Source: Acidobacteriota bacterium
Lineage (GTDB): Bacteria > Acidobacteriota > UBA890 > WLXD01
Direction of reading: 5' to 3'
DNA: 64,000 nt
Assembly (NCBI GenBank): GCA_963666055.2
Contig: CAXWPH010000006.1
Span: 64,001-128,000 of the forward strand
Shown: one piece after another, positions 48,544-59,496 of the stretch
How the letters are laid out: each line of letters begins with the position of its first letter
Position numbering within the stretch: position 1 is the stretch's first letter
Translations under genes and position numbers: made by a program
The notes under the pieces: generated by a model
Database searches by the model: none
Told to the model about the DNA's origin: nothing
Seen by the model: only the letters and a program-made list of their open reading frames with translations

Positions 48544-50276
48544 TAGGCAGCCGCAGCTCCGGATCGGCGACCGTCGGCGACCGCCATGCGCGCACCGTCA
48601 GGATAGATGTAGATGCAGTGCGCATCGCCTTGCAACCGCGACGTTCCGAGCGAGTGCCCCATCTTTTTCAGCGCGGCGATCGTCTCGGCCGGAAAGTTAC
48701 CCTCGAGTCGAAGGGAGTCTGGCATCCACTGGTGGTGCACTCGAGGACTGTCGACGGCATCCGGCAGAGCGAGGCCAAAATCAATCAAGTTCGTCACCAC
48801 CCGGAGCACGGTGTTGATGATCGTCTTGCCGCCGGGCGAGCCAATCAGCGCCAACGGTACTCCGTCGCTAGCGACGATCGTCGGCGTCATCGACGACAGC
48901 GGCCGCTTTCCGGGAGCGATGAGGTTCGGCTCGGTACCAACATAACCGCGAGAGTCGGTGACGCCAGGCCACTCGTTGAAATCACCCATCTCGTTATTGA
49001 GCAGGAATCCGGTACCCGCCGCTACGACCTTGGCACCGAAGCCTGCCTCGATGGTGTAGGTAATCGATACGGCGTTGCCGGCGGCGTCCACGACGGAATA
49101 ATGGGTGGTCTCTGGTGACTCCGCAGTGGTCAGCACGCCGGCCCCGAGCTCGGAGCTGGCGCGCGCGCGCTGCCGCGGAATCTCGGCTGCCAACTGGCGC
49201 GCATATGCCTTCGATGTGAGCCTCTCGACAGGAACCGGAGAATGGTCCGCATCGCCGAGGTACAAGGCGCGATCGAGATACGCCTGGCGCATCGACTCGG
49301 CCAGCAGATGCACGAGCTCCGGCGAGGTAGGCTCCATGTCACTGAGATCGAACTGCTCGAGAATATTGAGCATCTGCACGAGGATCGTGCCGCCGGACGA
49401 CGGCGGCCCCATCGACACGACCTCGTAACCGCGATAGGTACCGCGAATGGGCTCGCGCTCGATGGCTTCGTATGCGGCCAGATCCGCAGCCGTGATGAGG
49501 CCGCCATTGGCGGTCATGGCCGCGGCAACGCGCTCCGCGATGGGGCCACGGTAGAACGCATCGGCGCCACCGCTGGCGATTTGCCGGAGCGACCACGCCA
49601 AGTCCGGCTGACGGAAGCGCTCCCCCGCCATGTAGGGGGTGCCATTCGGGTGCAGGAAGGCCGCTGCAGACGCGTCGTGCTGGCGGAAGATCCGCGCTAC
49701 CCGAGCGAATGATCGCGCCAGGTACGGGCTGACGTAGAACCCATCCGATGCCAGCCGCACGGCCGGCTCGACGAGACGCGACCAGGGCAGATGCCCCCAG
49801 CGCGCGTGCGCTGTGCCGAAACCGGCGACTGTTCCGGGCACACCCACCGCCTTCCAGCCGACGTAGTTCAACCCGCGCACTGGCCTGCCGTCTTCACCCA
49901 GGTACATAGTGCGGGTGGCGGCTGCAGGCGCCTTCTCTCGGAAGTCCAGCGTCGTATAGCGGCCCTCTTCGGCCAGGTAGATCACCATGAAGCCGCCACC
50001 ACCCAGATTGCCGGCCTGGGGGTGCGTCACCGCCAACGCCATGCCCACCGCAACGGCGGCATCAATCGCGGTGCCGCCGACCCGCAACACCTCGATACCG
50101 ATGCTCGTGGCGTGACCGTCGACGCTGACCACAGCGCCGTGTGCTCCCATGGCCAGGCGGCCAAAGTCGATCGGCGCCTGTGAAGCCAGCACCGAGGGCA
50201 CGGCTATCAGCGCCACCGACACGCTCAGCGCAACTGTCACCCTGAACCGCACTCGCCCCATCCCGTGCACCCCCAT
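48540..50276 (-). CDS. ggt: gamma-glutamyltransferase
   Basis: GNLGGGGF, DFREKAP, PPSSGG, ETTHYS (nucleophile Thr), LLNNEMGDF, LSSMTP, GSPGG. Confidence 0.95.
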   Translation of the reverse strand: MGVHGMGRVRFRVTVALSVSVALIAVPSVLASQAPIDFGRLAMGAHGAVVSVDGHATSIGIEVLRVGGTAIDAAVAVGMALAVTHPQAGNLGGGGFMVIYLAEEGRYTTLDFREKAPAAATRTMYLGEDGRPVRGLNYVGWKAVGVPGTVAGFGTAHARWGHLPWSRLVEPAVRLASDGFYVSPYLARSFARVARIFRQHDASAAAFLHPNGTPYMAGERFRQPDLAWSLRQIASGGADAFYRGPIAERVAAAMTANGGLITAADLAAYEAIEREPIRGTYRGYEVVSMGPPSSGGTILVQMLNILEQFDLSDMEPTSPELVHLLAESMRQAYLDRALYLGDADHSPVPVERLTSKAYARQLAAEIPRQRARASSELGAGVLTTAESPETTHYSVVDAAGNAVSITYTIEAGFGAKVVAAGTGFLLNNEMGDFNEWPGVTDSRGYVGTEPNLIAPGKRPLSSMTPTIVASDGVPLALIGSPGGKTIINTVLRVVTNLIDFGLALPDAVDSPRVHHQWMPDSLRLEGNFPAETIAALKKMGHSLGTSRLQGDAHCIYIYPDGARMAVADGRRSGAAAAY

Positions 50277-50422
50277 GCTGCTCTATCCCTCAACAAAGCC
50301 TTGGTCGTTGCACGCCATCGTACCGCCTCGTGGTTGCTGCTGCCGTATGAGGTCGGCCGGATCGTGACGCTGCCCGAACGGGCACGAGCTACTCGCCGCA
50401 GTAGCGTCGCCGAACAGATGCA

Positions 50423-51592
50423 CTACAGGCGGCTCGCCGAAGCGTCGTCGCCCCGCGTCAACCGGGCGCGGCCAAAGGACACCGCGGTTGCCGGAATACC
50501 GCGCGTGAGCCACATCGCGCGGTGCGCTTCGCCGATCTCGGATACCAGCAGATGGCGCAGTGCCAGCCAGGTCGGGTCGCCGGCTGAAACTCGCTTCGTC
50601 GTACACAGACCGATCAAGAACACGCGCAGGCTGCACATTTCACCGCCGTCGAATCCGAGCGCGTGCGCCACTCGCCGCAGGTTTCCGAAATCGACCTGGG
50701 CGGTGATGTCATCTGCCCCCGGGCGCAGCAACGGATCGTCGTGCAACGTGAAACGACGGTGACAGACGAGCGTGCCGCTGGGTCGGGACTCGTTGTACAA
50801 CGTGGCGGTCTCATGCCCGTAGTCGATCGTCAACCATCCGCCCTTGGCCAGCCGGGAGCTAACCTGTGCTCCCCACGACGCGACCTCGAGACAGAGCTCG
50901 GCGATCTGTCCCTCGCGCAGGCACACCCCGTTGTACTCCAGATGCTCCTGGAGGCGCGCCGTGCTCGGCGCCAGGAAGCGCTCTTTGAGGCGCCCCTCGA
51001 TAACATCGACGTGGCCCTCCAACAGCAGCCCATCATGAAGCATCACCCGGTGTACCGGAAAAGCATCGAGGAGCTCGTTCGAATACACCAGGCCGCTGAA
51101 CTCGTCGGATACGTCCTCGAGGCTGGCAACGACGCGCAGGCCGCCGGGAACGCTTCGCTGCTCTGCCTGCTGGAGGCGGCGACCCGATGCACCGCGCTCG
51201 ACGCTCCAAGCGCGCAGACGCGGCCACACGGTCGGATACTGATGCTGCAGCGCCGTCAGCGTCGACATGAGCAAGCGGCCGTCGCCGCTGCCAAGCTCGA
51301 CGAGGTCAAGGCGGGCCGGTCGACCGAGCGCCCCATCCACGGCGTCGGCGAGCTTGGCCACGGCCTCACCCAGCGCCGGGCCCGTCTGTGGTGCGGTAAG
51401 GAAGTCCGGGGTCGCCGTCCAGGGACCCGGCACGGACGTATAGTAGCCATGCTCTGGGTGGTAGAGCGCATCCGTCATGAACGACGCGAACGGCGTGGGT
51501 CCCGCGGTGGCGATCCGCTCGGAAAGGTAGCGGATCAGAGCTCGGGAACGGCGGCCAGCATTGTCAACTTCGAGTTGCACGCCTTCAATCAA
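50423..51592 (-). CDS. MidA/NDUFAF7-family SAM-dependent methyltransferase
   Basis: ALYHPEHGYY, DFLTAP, ELGSGDG, NELLDAFP, IDYG, DITAQVDF. Confidence 0.9.
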   Translation of the reverse strand: MIEGVQLEVDNAGRRSRALIRYLSERIATAGPTPFASFMTDALYHPEHGYYTSVPGPWTATPDFLTAPQTGPALGEAVAKLADAVDGALGRPARLDLVELGSGDGRLLMSTLTALQHQYPTVWPRLRAWSVERGASGRRLQQAEQRSVPGGLRVVASLEDVSDEFSGLVYSNELLDAFPVHRVMLHDGLLLEGHVDVIEGRLKERFLAPSTARLQEHLEYNGVCLREGQIAELCLEVASWGAQVSSRLAKGGWLTIDYGHETATLYNESRPSGTLVCHRRFTLHDDPLLRPGADDITAQVDFGNLRRVAHALGFDGGEMCSLRVFLIGLCTTKRVSAGDPTWLALRHLLVSEIGEAHRAMWLTRGIPATAVSFGRARLTRGDDASASRL

Positions 51593-51696
51593 TCAGCTAA
51601 CTTGACAACTGTAGGATGGGCGGAGTTTGTCTTCCGACCTATGTCTCCCCATTTCCGCTGCTGCGGCCCCCGAATTCTAGGTAAAGACACACCGGT

Positions 51697-53271
51697 ATGG
51701 CAAACGAAAAGGTCGAGGAGATCCAGGCCCTAATCGAGAAGGGCAAGAAGCGAGGCTTTCTGACGTTCGCTGAGGTCGAAGAGCTCCTGCCCGAGGGCGC
51801 GGACCCCGAGCTCAACCGCCGTCATCTCACCTCGATGTTCGAGAGTATGGAGATCGAGGTCGTCGAGGAAAGCCCTGAAGATGCCGACGCGGAATTCGAG
51901 GAAGATGACGAAGAAGACGAGAAGGAAGGCTACGAGCCCGGCGCCGGTGACCTCGACGATCCGATCAAGATCTACTTCCGGGAGATGGGAGAAAAAGCCC
52001 TACTCGACCGAGAGGGCGAGATTCGGCTGGCGCGCGCCATCGAGGAAGGGCTGGAGGGCCGAGTAACAGCGGTTCTCAACTGCCCGATGGCCAGCGAGTA
52101 CCTGGTGGAGCTCGCATCACATGTCTACGTCGAGCCGGCTGACATGGATCGCCTGTCGGACAAGTACGACGAGGTCGATCCGCCGCGCGCGATCAGGGAA
52201 GTCCGCAAGATAGTCAACGCCGTCGAGAAGCACCGCAAGGCCCTCCGCAAGGTGCGCTCGAAGCTGAAGCGCAAGCTACGCGAGGAAACGGCGCTGCGCG
52301 TGCGACTCGATATGATTCAGGTTCAGTCGAAGATCGCGAGCAAGATGGCCGAGTTGGTTCCGAGCGAGCGTTTCATTGACGAGAGCATCGTCCGCATGCG
52401 GCGGTTGGTAGCTCACTACGCGATCGCGGCTCACGCCAAGGACGCGGAACGCACCCGCGAGCTCGAAGGCGGGCACCGCCTTACCCGTGACGAGCTGCGC
52501 CGCTACCTTCGCGCTATCGAAGAGGCGGAGCAACAGGTCGAGTGGGCGAAGAGCGAGCTCACGCAGGCGAACCTGCGCCTGGTGGTCTCGATCGCCAAGA
52601 AGTACGTCAACTATGGGCTGCCGTTCTCGGACTTGATCCAGGAAGGCAACATCGGCCTCATGAAGGCAGTCGAGAAGTTCGACTACAAGAAGGGCTACAA
52701 GTTCTCGACTTACGCCACCTGGTGGATCCGGCAGGCGATCACCCGCGCCATCGCCGACAAGGGCAAGACGATCCGCGTGCCGGTGCACATGATCGAGACC
52801 ATCCGCAAGGTTTCGCAAACGTCGCGGCGGCTGTTCAAGAACCTCGGTCGCAAACCGACCCCGAAAGAGATCGGCGACGAGATGGACATGTCGGTCGAGA
52901 AGGTCAAGGAGGTTCTGCGCGCCGCCAAGAAGACCCTGTCGCTGGAGACGCCGATAGGCGACGGCGAGGATTCCTCGCTTTCTGATTTCATCGAAAACGA
53001 GCAGGTCGTCTCACCGCTGGACATCGTCCTTTCCAAGAACCTATCCGACCAGACGCGCAAGGTGCTGGCGACGCTGACGCCCCGCGAGGAGAAGGTGCTG
53101 CGCATGCGCTTTGGCATCGGCGAGGAGCGCGAGTACACGCTAGAAGAGGTCGGCGAGTACTTCAGCGTCACACGCGAGCGTATCCGCCAGATCGAAGGCA
53201 AGGCGCTCCGCAAGCTGCGCCACCCGTTGCGCTCGAAGAATCTGAAGGAATTGCTCGACGAGGCCAGCTAG
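51697..53271 (+). CDS. rpoD: RpoD-like sigma70 factor
   Basis: Region 1.1 (GKKRGFLT), [66 protein letters not shown]. Confidence 0.9.
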   Translation: MANEKVEEIQALIEKGKKRGFLTFAEVEELLPEGADPELNRRHLTSMFESMEIEVVEESPEDADAEFEEDDEEDEKEGYEPGAGDLDDPIKIYFREMGEKALLDREGEIRLARAIEEGLEGRVTAVLNCPMASEYLVELASHVYVEPADMDRLSDKYDEVDPPRAIREVRKIVNAVEKHRKALRKVRSKLKRKLREETALRVRLDMIQVQSKIASKMAELVPSERFIDESIVRMRRLVAHYAIAAHAKDAERTRELEGGHRLTRDELRRYLRAIEEAEQQVEWAKSELTQANLRLVVSIAKKYVNYGLPFSDLIQEGNIGLMKAVEKFDYKKGYKFSTYATWWIRQAITRAIADKGKTIRVPVHMIETIRKVSQTSRRLFKNLGRKPTPKEIGDEMDMSVEKVKEVLRAAKKTLSLETPIGDGEDSSLSDFIENEQVVSPLDIVLSKNLSDQTRKVLATLTPREEKVLRMRFGIGEEREYTLEEVGEYFSVTRERIRQIEGKALRKLRHPLRSKNLKELLDEAS

Positions 53272-53273
53272 CC

Positions 53274-53298
53274 TTCGGGCTATCCTCGGGAGCCCGAA
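53274..53298. terminator. hairpin between convergent rpoD and M23 genes
   Basis: TTCGGGCT / AGCCCGAA stem. Confidence 0.5.
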
Positions 53299-53322
53299 CC
53301 GGCGATCTCTGCGGCCTCTAAT

Positions 53323-54570
53323 CTACCGCCTTCGCAACCAGTTGAGCGGGTTCAGAGCATCGGTCCGCTCACGTACCTCGAAGTACAGGTTCGACCCGAT
53401 CAACGAAGCAGTGTCGCCCACCTCGCCGACGATGTCGCCTGCGGTGACGCTCTCGTTGACTCGCATCTGGATGGCGTTGAGATGCCCGTAGAGGCTGAAG
53501 TAACCACCCCCATGGTCGACGATGACCATCAAGCCATAGCCGCTATACCAGTCGGCGAAGACGACCCTCCCGTCGAATACGGCGACGACAGGGTCGCCCT
53601 GGTCCCCCTCGATCTCGATTCCGCGCGACACGGTATAGGTGTCGTAGATTGGATGTCGACGCCGTCCGAACTCACCGACGACGGCGCCGTTGACCGGCCA
53701 CTCGAGCTGCCCGCGTGCGGCGGCGAACGCCACGGGAGCGCTGGCGGCGGTCGCCCGCGCAAGCGCCGCCATGGTGGACACCAGCCGGCTTTCGGAGCGC
53801 TGCGCCGCAGCCAGGGCAACGCGCTGCGTCTCGGCCTCGCGATCGATAGCCACAAGCAACCGACGCCGCTCCTCTTGCTGCTGCGCCAGAGCGGTTGCCG
53901 TCGCCTCCGTATCGGCGGCAACCGCCGCAAGCTGCCGTTCGGTCTCGGCCAATGCGGCTCGGGTCTGGTCAATCTCCGCCACCGTGGTGCGCACCGATAG
54001 GAGCAAGTCGCGATCGCGAGCCGCCAGGTACGTAATGATCTGGTAAGCAGTCAGGGCGTCGGACGCCGAGTCAGCCGCCAGCAGCAGACGATTGTAGGAC
54101 AGGGGCCCGGCACGATAGAGCGATCCCACTCGTGCTCGCAGCGCTGCACGAATCTCCACGAAGGCCGCCTCGAGACGCTCCAGTTCAGTCTCGCGCTCGG
54201 CCCGCTCCCTTGCCAGCACGCCGTCCCGCTGTACCAAGATTGATAGCTGCTGACGCCGAAGCGCTAGCTCCACGTCGGCAGTCTCGAAGCTGTTGACGAC
54301 GGATTCGCGTTCGGAAGCGAGGCGCTCGAGCTCTCCCTCCAGCGTCACCGCGCGGGCGCGCAGGGAAACGAGCTCATCCTGGACTGTCCCCTTGGGCCCG
54401 TCCTGTGCCGATCCCGGCAGCGGCCCGGCTACCAGCAACATCAACAACAGCATCAGGCAACGCCGTCCGCGGCGTTGGCGTCGCCGGCGCAGCGGCTCAG
54501 GCGCGCAGACCCGGGCGGTACTGGCGCCCGCGGTCGCGGCGCCCAGCACACCGATGCGTTCGATGCCCAT
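53323..54570 (-). CDS. EnvC-like coiled-coil + degenerate M23 (LytM) protein
   Basis: Long coiled coil; WPVNG...FG, RGIEI, YGLMVIVDHG, SLYGHL, LYFEVR (Zn ligands degenerate, as in EnvC). True start uncertain. Confidence 0.85.
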   Translation of the reverse strand: MGIERIGVLGAATAGASTARVCAPEPLRRRRQRRGRRCLMLLLMLLVAGPLPGSAQDGPKGTVQDELVSLRARAVTLEGELERLASERESVVNSFETADVELALRRQQLSILVQRDGVLARERAERETELERLEAAFVEIRAALRARVGSLYRAGPLSYNRLLLAADSASDALTAYQIITYLAARDRDLLLSVRTTVAEIDQTRAALAETERQLAAVAADTEATATALAQQQEERRRLLVAIDREAETQRVALAAAQRSESRLVSTMAALARATAASAPVAFAAARGQLEWPVNGAVVGEFGRRRHPIYDTYTVSRGIEIEGDQGDPVVAVFDGRVVFADWYSGYGLMVIVDHGGGYFSLYGHLNAIQMRVNESVTAGDIVGEVGDTASLIGSNLYFEVRERTDALNPLNWLRRR

Positions 54571-54591
54571 GTTCACTCGCCCCCCGGAGAG

Positions 54592-55776
54592 CTACTCGTC
54601 GCGTTCGACTGCTAGCGCCACCGCGTTGCCCCCACCCAGGCACATGGCCGCGATGCCGCGTTTTTCGCCGCGGTCACGAAGAGCGTACAGCAGCGTGGTC
54701 AGGATCCGCGCCCCCGACGCACCGATCGGGTGGCCGAGCGCGATCGCACCGCCGCGAACGTTGACACGCTCCGCGACCAAACCGAGCTCCCGTACGAGCG
54801 CCACAGATTGCACCGCGAACGCCTCGTTGAGCTCATACAGGTCGACATCGGCGCGATCCCATCCGGTCTTGTCGAGAACCTTCTCGATGGCCCGCACCGG
54901 CGCCATCATCACCAGCTCGGGCTCGGTACCGCTGGTCGCATAGGCGGCTACGCGGGCCAATACATCGAGCCCTCGCTCCTCAGCCTGAGCCTGCGACGTC
55001 ACACAAACTGCCGCTGCCCCGTCGTTCACCCCCGGGGCGTTGCCGGCGGTGACCGTGCCGTCCGATTGGAAGGCCGGCTCGAGGCGACCAAGCGCGTCGA
55101 TGGAAGTATCCGCGCGGATAGTCTCATCGCGATCAACGAGGATGGAGTCGCCCTTTCGCTGCGGCACCTCCAGCGGCAGCATCTCGGCGTCGAACATACC
55201 GGCCGTGTCCGCCGCCGCCGCACGTTGATGCGACTGCACGCTCCAGGCGTCTTGATCCCCGCGGCTCACACCCCAGCGCTCGGCAACTACCTCGCCCGTA
55301 CGGCCCATGTGGTAGTCGTTGTATGCGTCCCAGAGGCCATCGTGGACCGTGGCATCGAGCAGCTTCCCGTGCCCCAGGCGATAGCCGGCCCGGGCCCGGG
55401 TGAGCAAGAACGGGCCGTTGCTCATGCTTTCCTGCCCGCCAGCCACAATGTGCTCCATATCGCCCAGCCGTATCGCCTGCGTCGCCAACACCACAGCCTT
55501 GAGCGACGATCCACAGACCTTGTTGATGGTCAGGGCGCCAGCGCTAGCCGGCAGCCCCGCCCCCAGCGCGCTCTGTCGGGCTGGATTCTGCCCGCAGCCC
55601 GCCTGCACCACGTGGCCCATGATGACCTCGTCGATGTCGGCAGGGTCGAGTCCGGCCCGCTTTACCGCCGCGCCAACCACTTGCGCCCCAAGTTCCGTCG
55701 CCTTGAAGCTACTGAGGGCCCCCATCAAGCGACCGATCGGAGTGCGCACGGCAGAGACAATCACGGCTTCGCGCAT
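54592..55776 (-). CDS. acetyl-CoA C-acetyltransferase (thiolase)
   Basis: [27 protein letters not shown]. Confidence 0.95.
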   Translation of the reverse strand: MREAVIVSAVRTPIGRLMGALSSFKATELGAQVVGAAVKRAGLDPADIDEVIMGHVVQAGCGQNPARQSALGAGLPASAGALTINKVCGSSLKAVVLATQAIRLGDMEHIVAGGQESMSNGPFLLTRARAGYRLGHGKLLDATVHDGLWDAYNDYHMGRTGEVVAERWGVSRGDQDAWSVQSHQRAAAADTAGMFDAEMLPLEVPQRKGDSILVDRDETIRADTSIDALGRLEPAFQSDGTVTAGNAPGVNDGAAAVCVTSQAQAEERGLDVLARVAAYATSGTEPELVMMAPVRAIEKVLDKTGWDRADVDLYELNEAFAVQSVALVRELGLVAERVNVRGGAIALGHPIGASGARILTTLLYALRDRGEKRGIAAMCLGGGNAVALAVERDE

Positions 55777-55921
55777 CCAACCAGATTAGCGGCGTCCTAA
55801 AGCGCCCACAAGCCACACCGAGAGATCCGTTTGTGGGGTCCCGAGGTGCACCGTACACTGCAGCAATTCCACTCCGATCCACGGTGCGCGTGGTGGCTGA
55901 CCCGCCGCCGCGACGAGCGCC

Positions 55922-57847
55922 GTGGCCTACGTGGACACCGTGTCTTCAGACACCATCGACCGCTACCGAATCGTCGGTACCGCCGGCCACATCGATCACG
56001 GCAAGAGCGCCCTGGTACGCGCTCTGACGGGAGTCGATCCAGACCGCCTTCCGGAGGAGAAAGAACGCGGAATTACCATTGATCTGGGCTTCGCCGATGC
56101 TCGTCTCGGCGATCTCCATATCGGCTTCGTCGATGTGCCCGGACACGAGCGTTTCGTCAAGAACATGCTCGCCGGCGTTGGCGGAATCGACGCGGTGCTG
56201 ATGGTGGTGGCCGCTGACGAGTCGATCATGCCGCAGACGCGCGAGCACCTCGCCATCATTCGATTGCTGGGTATCAAGGCCGGTGTGGTGGCGCTCAGCA
56301 AGTGCGATCTGGTAGACGACGAGATGGCCGAGCTCGTCGGCCTCGAGGTAGAGGACTTACTCGCCGGTACTGACCTGGAAAGCGCGCCGATCGTGCGCAC
56401 CAGCGCCGCCAGCGGTGCCGGAATAGATGCGCTTCGAGATGAGCTACAGCGAGTGCTGTCGTCCACCGCCACGCGACCAACGGAGGGCGTTCTGCGACTA
56501 CCGATCGACCGGATCTTCACAATGAAGGGCTTCGGGACGGTGGTCACCGGAACGCTGATTGCGGGCAGCGTGGCGATCGGCGATCAGGTCGAAGCACTGC
56601 CGTCTGGGCGTACGATCACAGTTCGAGGCGTTCAGGTGCACGGTCTCGCCCAGGACCGTGCCGTCGCCGGACAGCGCACAGCGTTGAACCTTCAGGGTGT
56701 CCAGGTCGAGGAGTTGGCTCGAGGAATGGTGCTTGCCAGGCCGGGCGCGCTGCAGCCTTCCCACATGATCGATGCACGGCTGAGAGTTCTTGACGGTTTC
56801 GAGGTCAAGCACCTGCAACGTCTGCGTTTCCACCACGGTGCTGCAGAAGTCCTCTGTCGAGCCGCCGTGCTCGAGACCGATCGTATAAGGGGGGCCGAGG
56901 GCTATGTGCAGTTGCGCCTTGAATCCCCATATCCGGTTGCCCCGGGCGACCGGTTCATCGTCCGGCGCTACTCGCCGGTGGTGACGATTGGTGGGGGCGT
57001 CGTGCTCGATACGATGGCGCCGAAACGACGGCGCGGGCGGGCCGCGATCGAGGCCATGCGTCAACTCGACGGCGCGAACGACGAGACCAGGCTGACGGTT
57101 TGGGTCGACCAAGCCGGCGAGTCGGGCTTGGAACGCGGCACCCTTAGGCGGCGGCTAGCGTGTACCGACGACACCCTCGGCGCCGTAATTACCGCGGCCG
57201 TCGCCGGCAATCGCATCATGGAGATCGCCGGCCACGAGCCCCGGCTGGTTCCCCGTGTGGCGATCGAGCGCCTGTGTGCGCGGACCCTCGAAAGCCTGCG
57301 CCGCTATCACCAACGTTACCCGCTACGCCCCGGTCTACCCAAGCAGGATCTGCGGAGCGCTGTGGCGGCGGGCATGCCGGAGCCGGTGTTCGATGCGGGG
57401 CTCGCGTACCTACTGGAGCAGGGCGCCATTCGTGTCGCAAGTGACGGCTTCGCGCTTCACGCCCACGAGGTGTCGGTAGACGACACGGACCGAGCGCTCC
57501 TCGACAATCTGCTCAGCCGTTTCACCGCGCAGGGTGTCGCCGCTGCGTCGCCATCAGAGGTTCTAGCGACCGTCCCCGGGGATCCCGAAGTAGTGCGCGA
57601 GCTGTTTCATCACCTGGTGCGCGACGGGCACCTGGTACGCATTCGCGAGGGGCTGGTAGTCGACGCTGCCGCGCTGCAAGAACTGATAGCCGACATACAG
57701 GCGCGGCGACAAGCCGGCGAGCGTTTCTCGGTGGGCGACTTCAAGGCGTGGACCGGGCTGACGCGTAAGCACTCGATCCCGCTGTTAGAGTACCTCGACA
57801 GCGCTCGAGTCACGCGTCGTGTCGGCGATGAGCGTGAGCGCATCTGA
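55922..57847 (+). CDS. selB: selenocysteine-specific elongation factor
   Basis: [48 protein letters not shown]-terminal [20 protein letters not shown]. Confidence 0.95.
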   Translation: MAYVDTVSSDTIDRYRIVGTAGHIDHGKSALVRALTGVDPDRLPEEKERGITIDLGFADARLGDLHIGFVDVPGHERFVKNMLAGVGGIDAVLMVVAADESIMPQTREHLAIIRLLGIKAGVVALSKCDLVDDEMAELVGLEVEDLLAGTDLESAPIVRTSAASGAGIDALRDELQRVLSSTATRPTEGVLRLPIDRIFTMKGFGTVVTGTLIAGSVAIGDQVEALPSGRTITVRGVQVHGLAQDRAVAGQRTALNLQGVQVEELARGMVLARPGALQPSHMIDARLRVLDGFEVKHLQRLRFHHGAAEVLCRAAVLETDRIRGAEGYVQLRLESPYPVAPGDRFIVRRYSPVVTIGGGVVLDTMAPKRRRGRAAIEAMRQLDGANDETRLTVWVDQAGESGLERGTLRRRLACTDDTLGAVITAAVAGNRIMEIAGHEPRLVPRVAIERLCARTLESLRRYHQRYPLRPGLPKQDLRSAVAAGMPEPVFDAGLAYLLEQGAIRVASDGFALHAHEVSVDDTDRALLDNLLSRFTAQGVAAASPSEVLATVPGDPEVVRELFHHLVRDGHLVRIREGLVVDAAALQELIADIQARRQAGERFSVGDFKAWTGLTRKHSIPLLEYLDSARVTRRVGDERERI

Positions 57848-57910
57848 CCGCGCCATCGACAATCGCTCCGCGGCGCGTTTCGCATACCATAGAGAGTGCG
57901 CTCCGCGTCA

Positions 57911-57940
57911 TTGACCGACGCTCCGCAACGCGCCTATCAT
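57911..57940 (+). promoter_or_regulatory. sigma70-type promoter for tatA
   Basis: TTGACC-N18-TATCAT; GGAGG RBS downstream. Confidence 0.45.
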
Positions 57941-57972
57941 GGATACACGGAATCTCACGGAGGAAACTCACG

Positions 57973-58134
57973 ATGTTTGGATCGCTTGGACCTACGGAAC
58001 TGCTGCTGATCTTCTTGATCGTAATGCTAATTTTCGGCGCCAGGAAGCTGCCCGAGATCGGTAAGGGTCTGGGGAACGGCATCCAGAACTTCAAGGCCGC
58101 CATGCGCGGCATTAGCGACGACGACGCCAGCTGA
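57973..58134 (+). CDS. tatA: twin-arginine translocase TatA/E subunit (53 aa; below the ORF-track cutoff)
   Basis: [41 protein letters not shown]. Confidence 0.95.
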   Translation: MFGSLGPTELLLIFLIVMLIFGARKLPEIGKGLGNGIQNFKAAMRGISDDDAS

Positions 58135-58181
58135 GTTCTAGTTCCGACAGTAATCACCGCCCCTGACTAGCGAGGGCTTCG

Positions 58182-58688
58182 ATGCCTAAGTGGCGACTCG
58201 TGCGGGCTGGTGCCTTGCTCGTCTTGTTTGCTTTGCCCGCCTGCCAGATCACCTGGCGCGAGCCTGTCCTGCAGCCGCTCAACAGCAACCGCTATTACGA
58301 CTCCAGTTTGGAGATCACCTGTGCAGCTGCCCGCGAGGTCGTAACGCGCCTAGGCTTGAGCGTAAAGGAGTCGCAAGAGGAAGAGCGCGCATGTCTGCTC
58401 GAGACCGTCTTCAAAGTGCTGTCCGACTCCGGGGACGACCCCACCGAATATCTCGATAAGGTGGCTTTCGTCGGTGTCGGCCCGTTCATCGGGGGCCGCT
58501 ACACGCTGACCGTCACGACGCGGGACGTGCGCAACAGCGGCACGCGCGTGAAGGTAACGACGCGCGTCGAGGGATACGTCGGCGAGGAGTTCGGCTATCA
58601 GGTACTGCGCTCCAAGGGTCTTATCGAAGAGCGGGTGTTCGCCGCCATTGGCGAGTCCATTGGCGCCACCCCCGTCGAGGCCAACTGA
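58182..58688 (+). CDS. hypothetical lipoprotein
   Basis: Signal peptide with LPA-C lipobox; plausible codon usage. Confidence 0.75.
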   Translation: MPKWRLVRAGALLVLFALPACQITWREPVLQPLNSNRYYDSSLEITCAAAREVVTRLGLSVKESQEEERACLLETVFKVLSDSGDDPTEYLDKVAFVGVGPFIGGRYTLTVTTRDVRNSGTRVKVTTRVEGYVGEEFGYQVLRSKGLIEERVFAAIGESIGATPVEAN

Positions 58689-58858
58689 GGCTCATCGCGG
58701 TGGCACTCGCGGCGGCGGCGGCGCTGGCGTGTTCGGTCACCTGGCGTGCTGAGCTCGGCCCGCAGCGATCCGGCTCAGCTCAGAAACGAAACTCGAAGCC
58801 AGCCGTCCAGTACAAGTTCGAGGCGTTGAAGTCGCCCAGGAAGATGCTCGGCAGCTGA
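58685..58858 (+). pseudogene. truncated paralog of the upstream lipoprotein
   Basis: CTGA overlap; LRLIAVALAAAAALACSVTWR compared with upstream ..ALPACQITWR; then runs into the antisense of the next gene. Confidence 0.5.
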
Positions 58859-59496
58859 CCGTCCTGCTGCTTGGGGCCGAAGCCGGTCCTGAGCCCACGT
58901 ACGTCAGCACGCACGCCGAAGTTGTCGATCACGCGAATATGCAGCCCCGCCCCGAAGACCAGCCCCATCTGTCTGCTGTCGGCGATCTCCGAAGCCGTGG
59001 AGGTCATGCTCACGGTTCCGTAACCAAGGGATAGAACCGGCACGATGCGCCGCGAGCGCTCCAGCAAGGCGCAGCTCACCACGCCCATGAGATAACTGAG
59101 ATGGAGATCCGCAAACGAAAACTCAGTCCTCCCCTGGCCGGCAAGATCGGTGAGGATGACGTTCACTCCCGGCGATGACCTCCCGTACTCGATCTCGACC
59201 TCGAACCGGGGTGCGAACACGAACCCGACCCGCAAGCCCCACATCGAGTCCGTATCCATGTCGTACGACGAGCGGAAGAAGACGTTCTCGATGCTGCCCA
59301 GCGGCGTGCCGCCGGTCATCTGTCCGGAGAACCCGCCGACGCGGAAGCGTCGTTCCTTCCAACCCTCGTCCAGGTCCATGTAGGTCGACTCCTGCGGCAG
59401 CTCCAACTCATAGTCGTCTTGCTGTGCGGCGGCAGTGGCCGGGAGGAGTGCGAGTGCCGTGAGCACCGCGAGGCATCTCCACATGTGCCGCATCAC
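58780..59496 (-). CDS. outer membrane beta-barrel protein
   Basis: Signal peptide, amphipathic strands, C-terminal TAGFEFRF. Confidence 0.85.
   Translation of the reverse strand: MMRHMWRCLAVLTALALLPATAAAQQDDYELELPQESTYMDLDEGWKERRFRVGGFSGQMTGGTPLGSIENVFFRSSYDMDTDSMWGLRVGFVFAPRFEVEIEYGRSSPGVNVILTDLAGQGRTEFSFADLHLSYLMGVVSCALLERSRRIVPVLSLGYGTVSMTSTASEIADSRQMGLVFGAGLHIRVIDNFGVRADVRGLRTGFGPKQQDGQLPSIFLGDFNASNLYWTAGFEFRF

Noticed and set aside
48210-48817. nrdJ TGA inside a hairpin with an open frame beyond it: selenocysteine readthrough?
   Set aside because: NrdJ proteins normally end in GCS. The hairpin spans the stop instead of following it as a SECIS would, and the extension is low-complexity and runs through a repeat and antisense ggt.
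53323-53700. M23 domain lacking zinc ligands as a novel pseudoenzyme
   Set aside because: A degenerate LytM site is the known state of EnvC-type amidase activators.
55777-55921. tRNA-Sec or other tRNA near selB
   Set aside because: No acceptor stem, TCA anticodon arm or T-loop pattern seen here or at 57848-57972.
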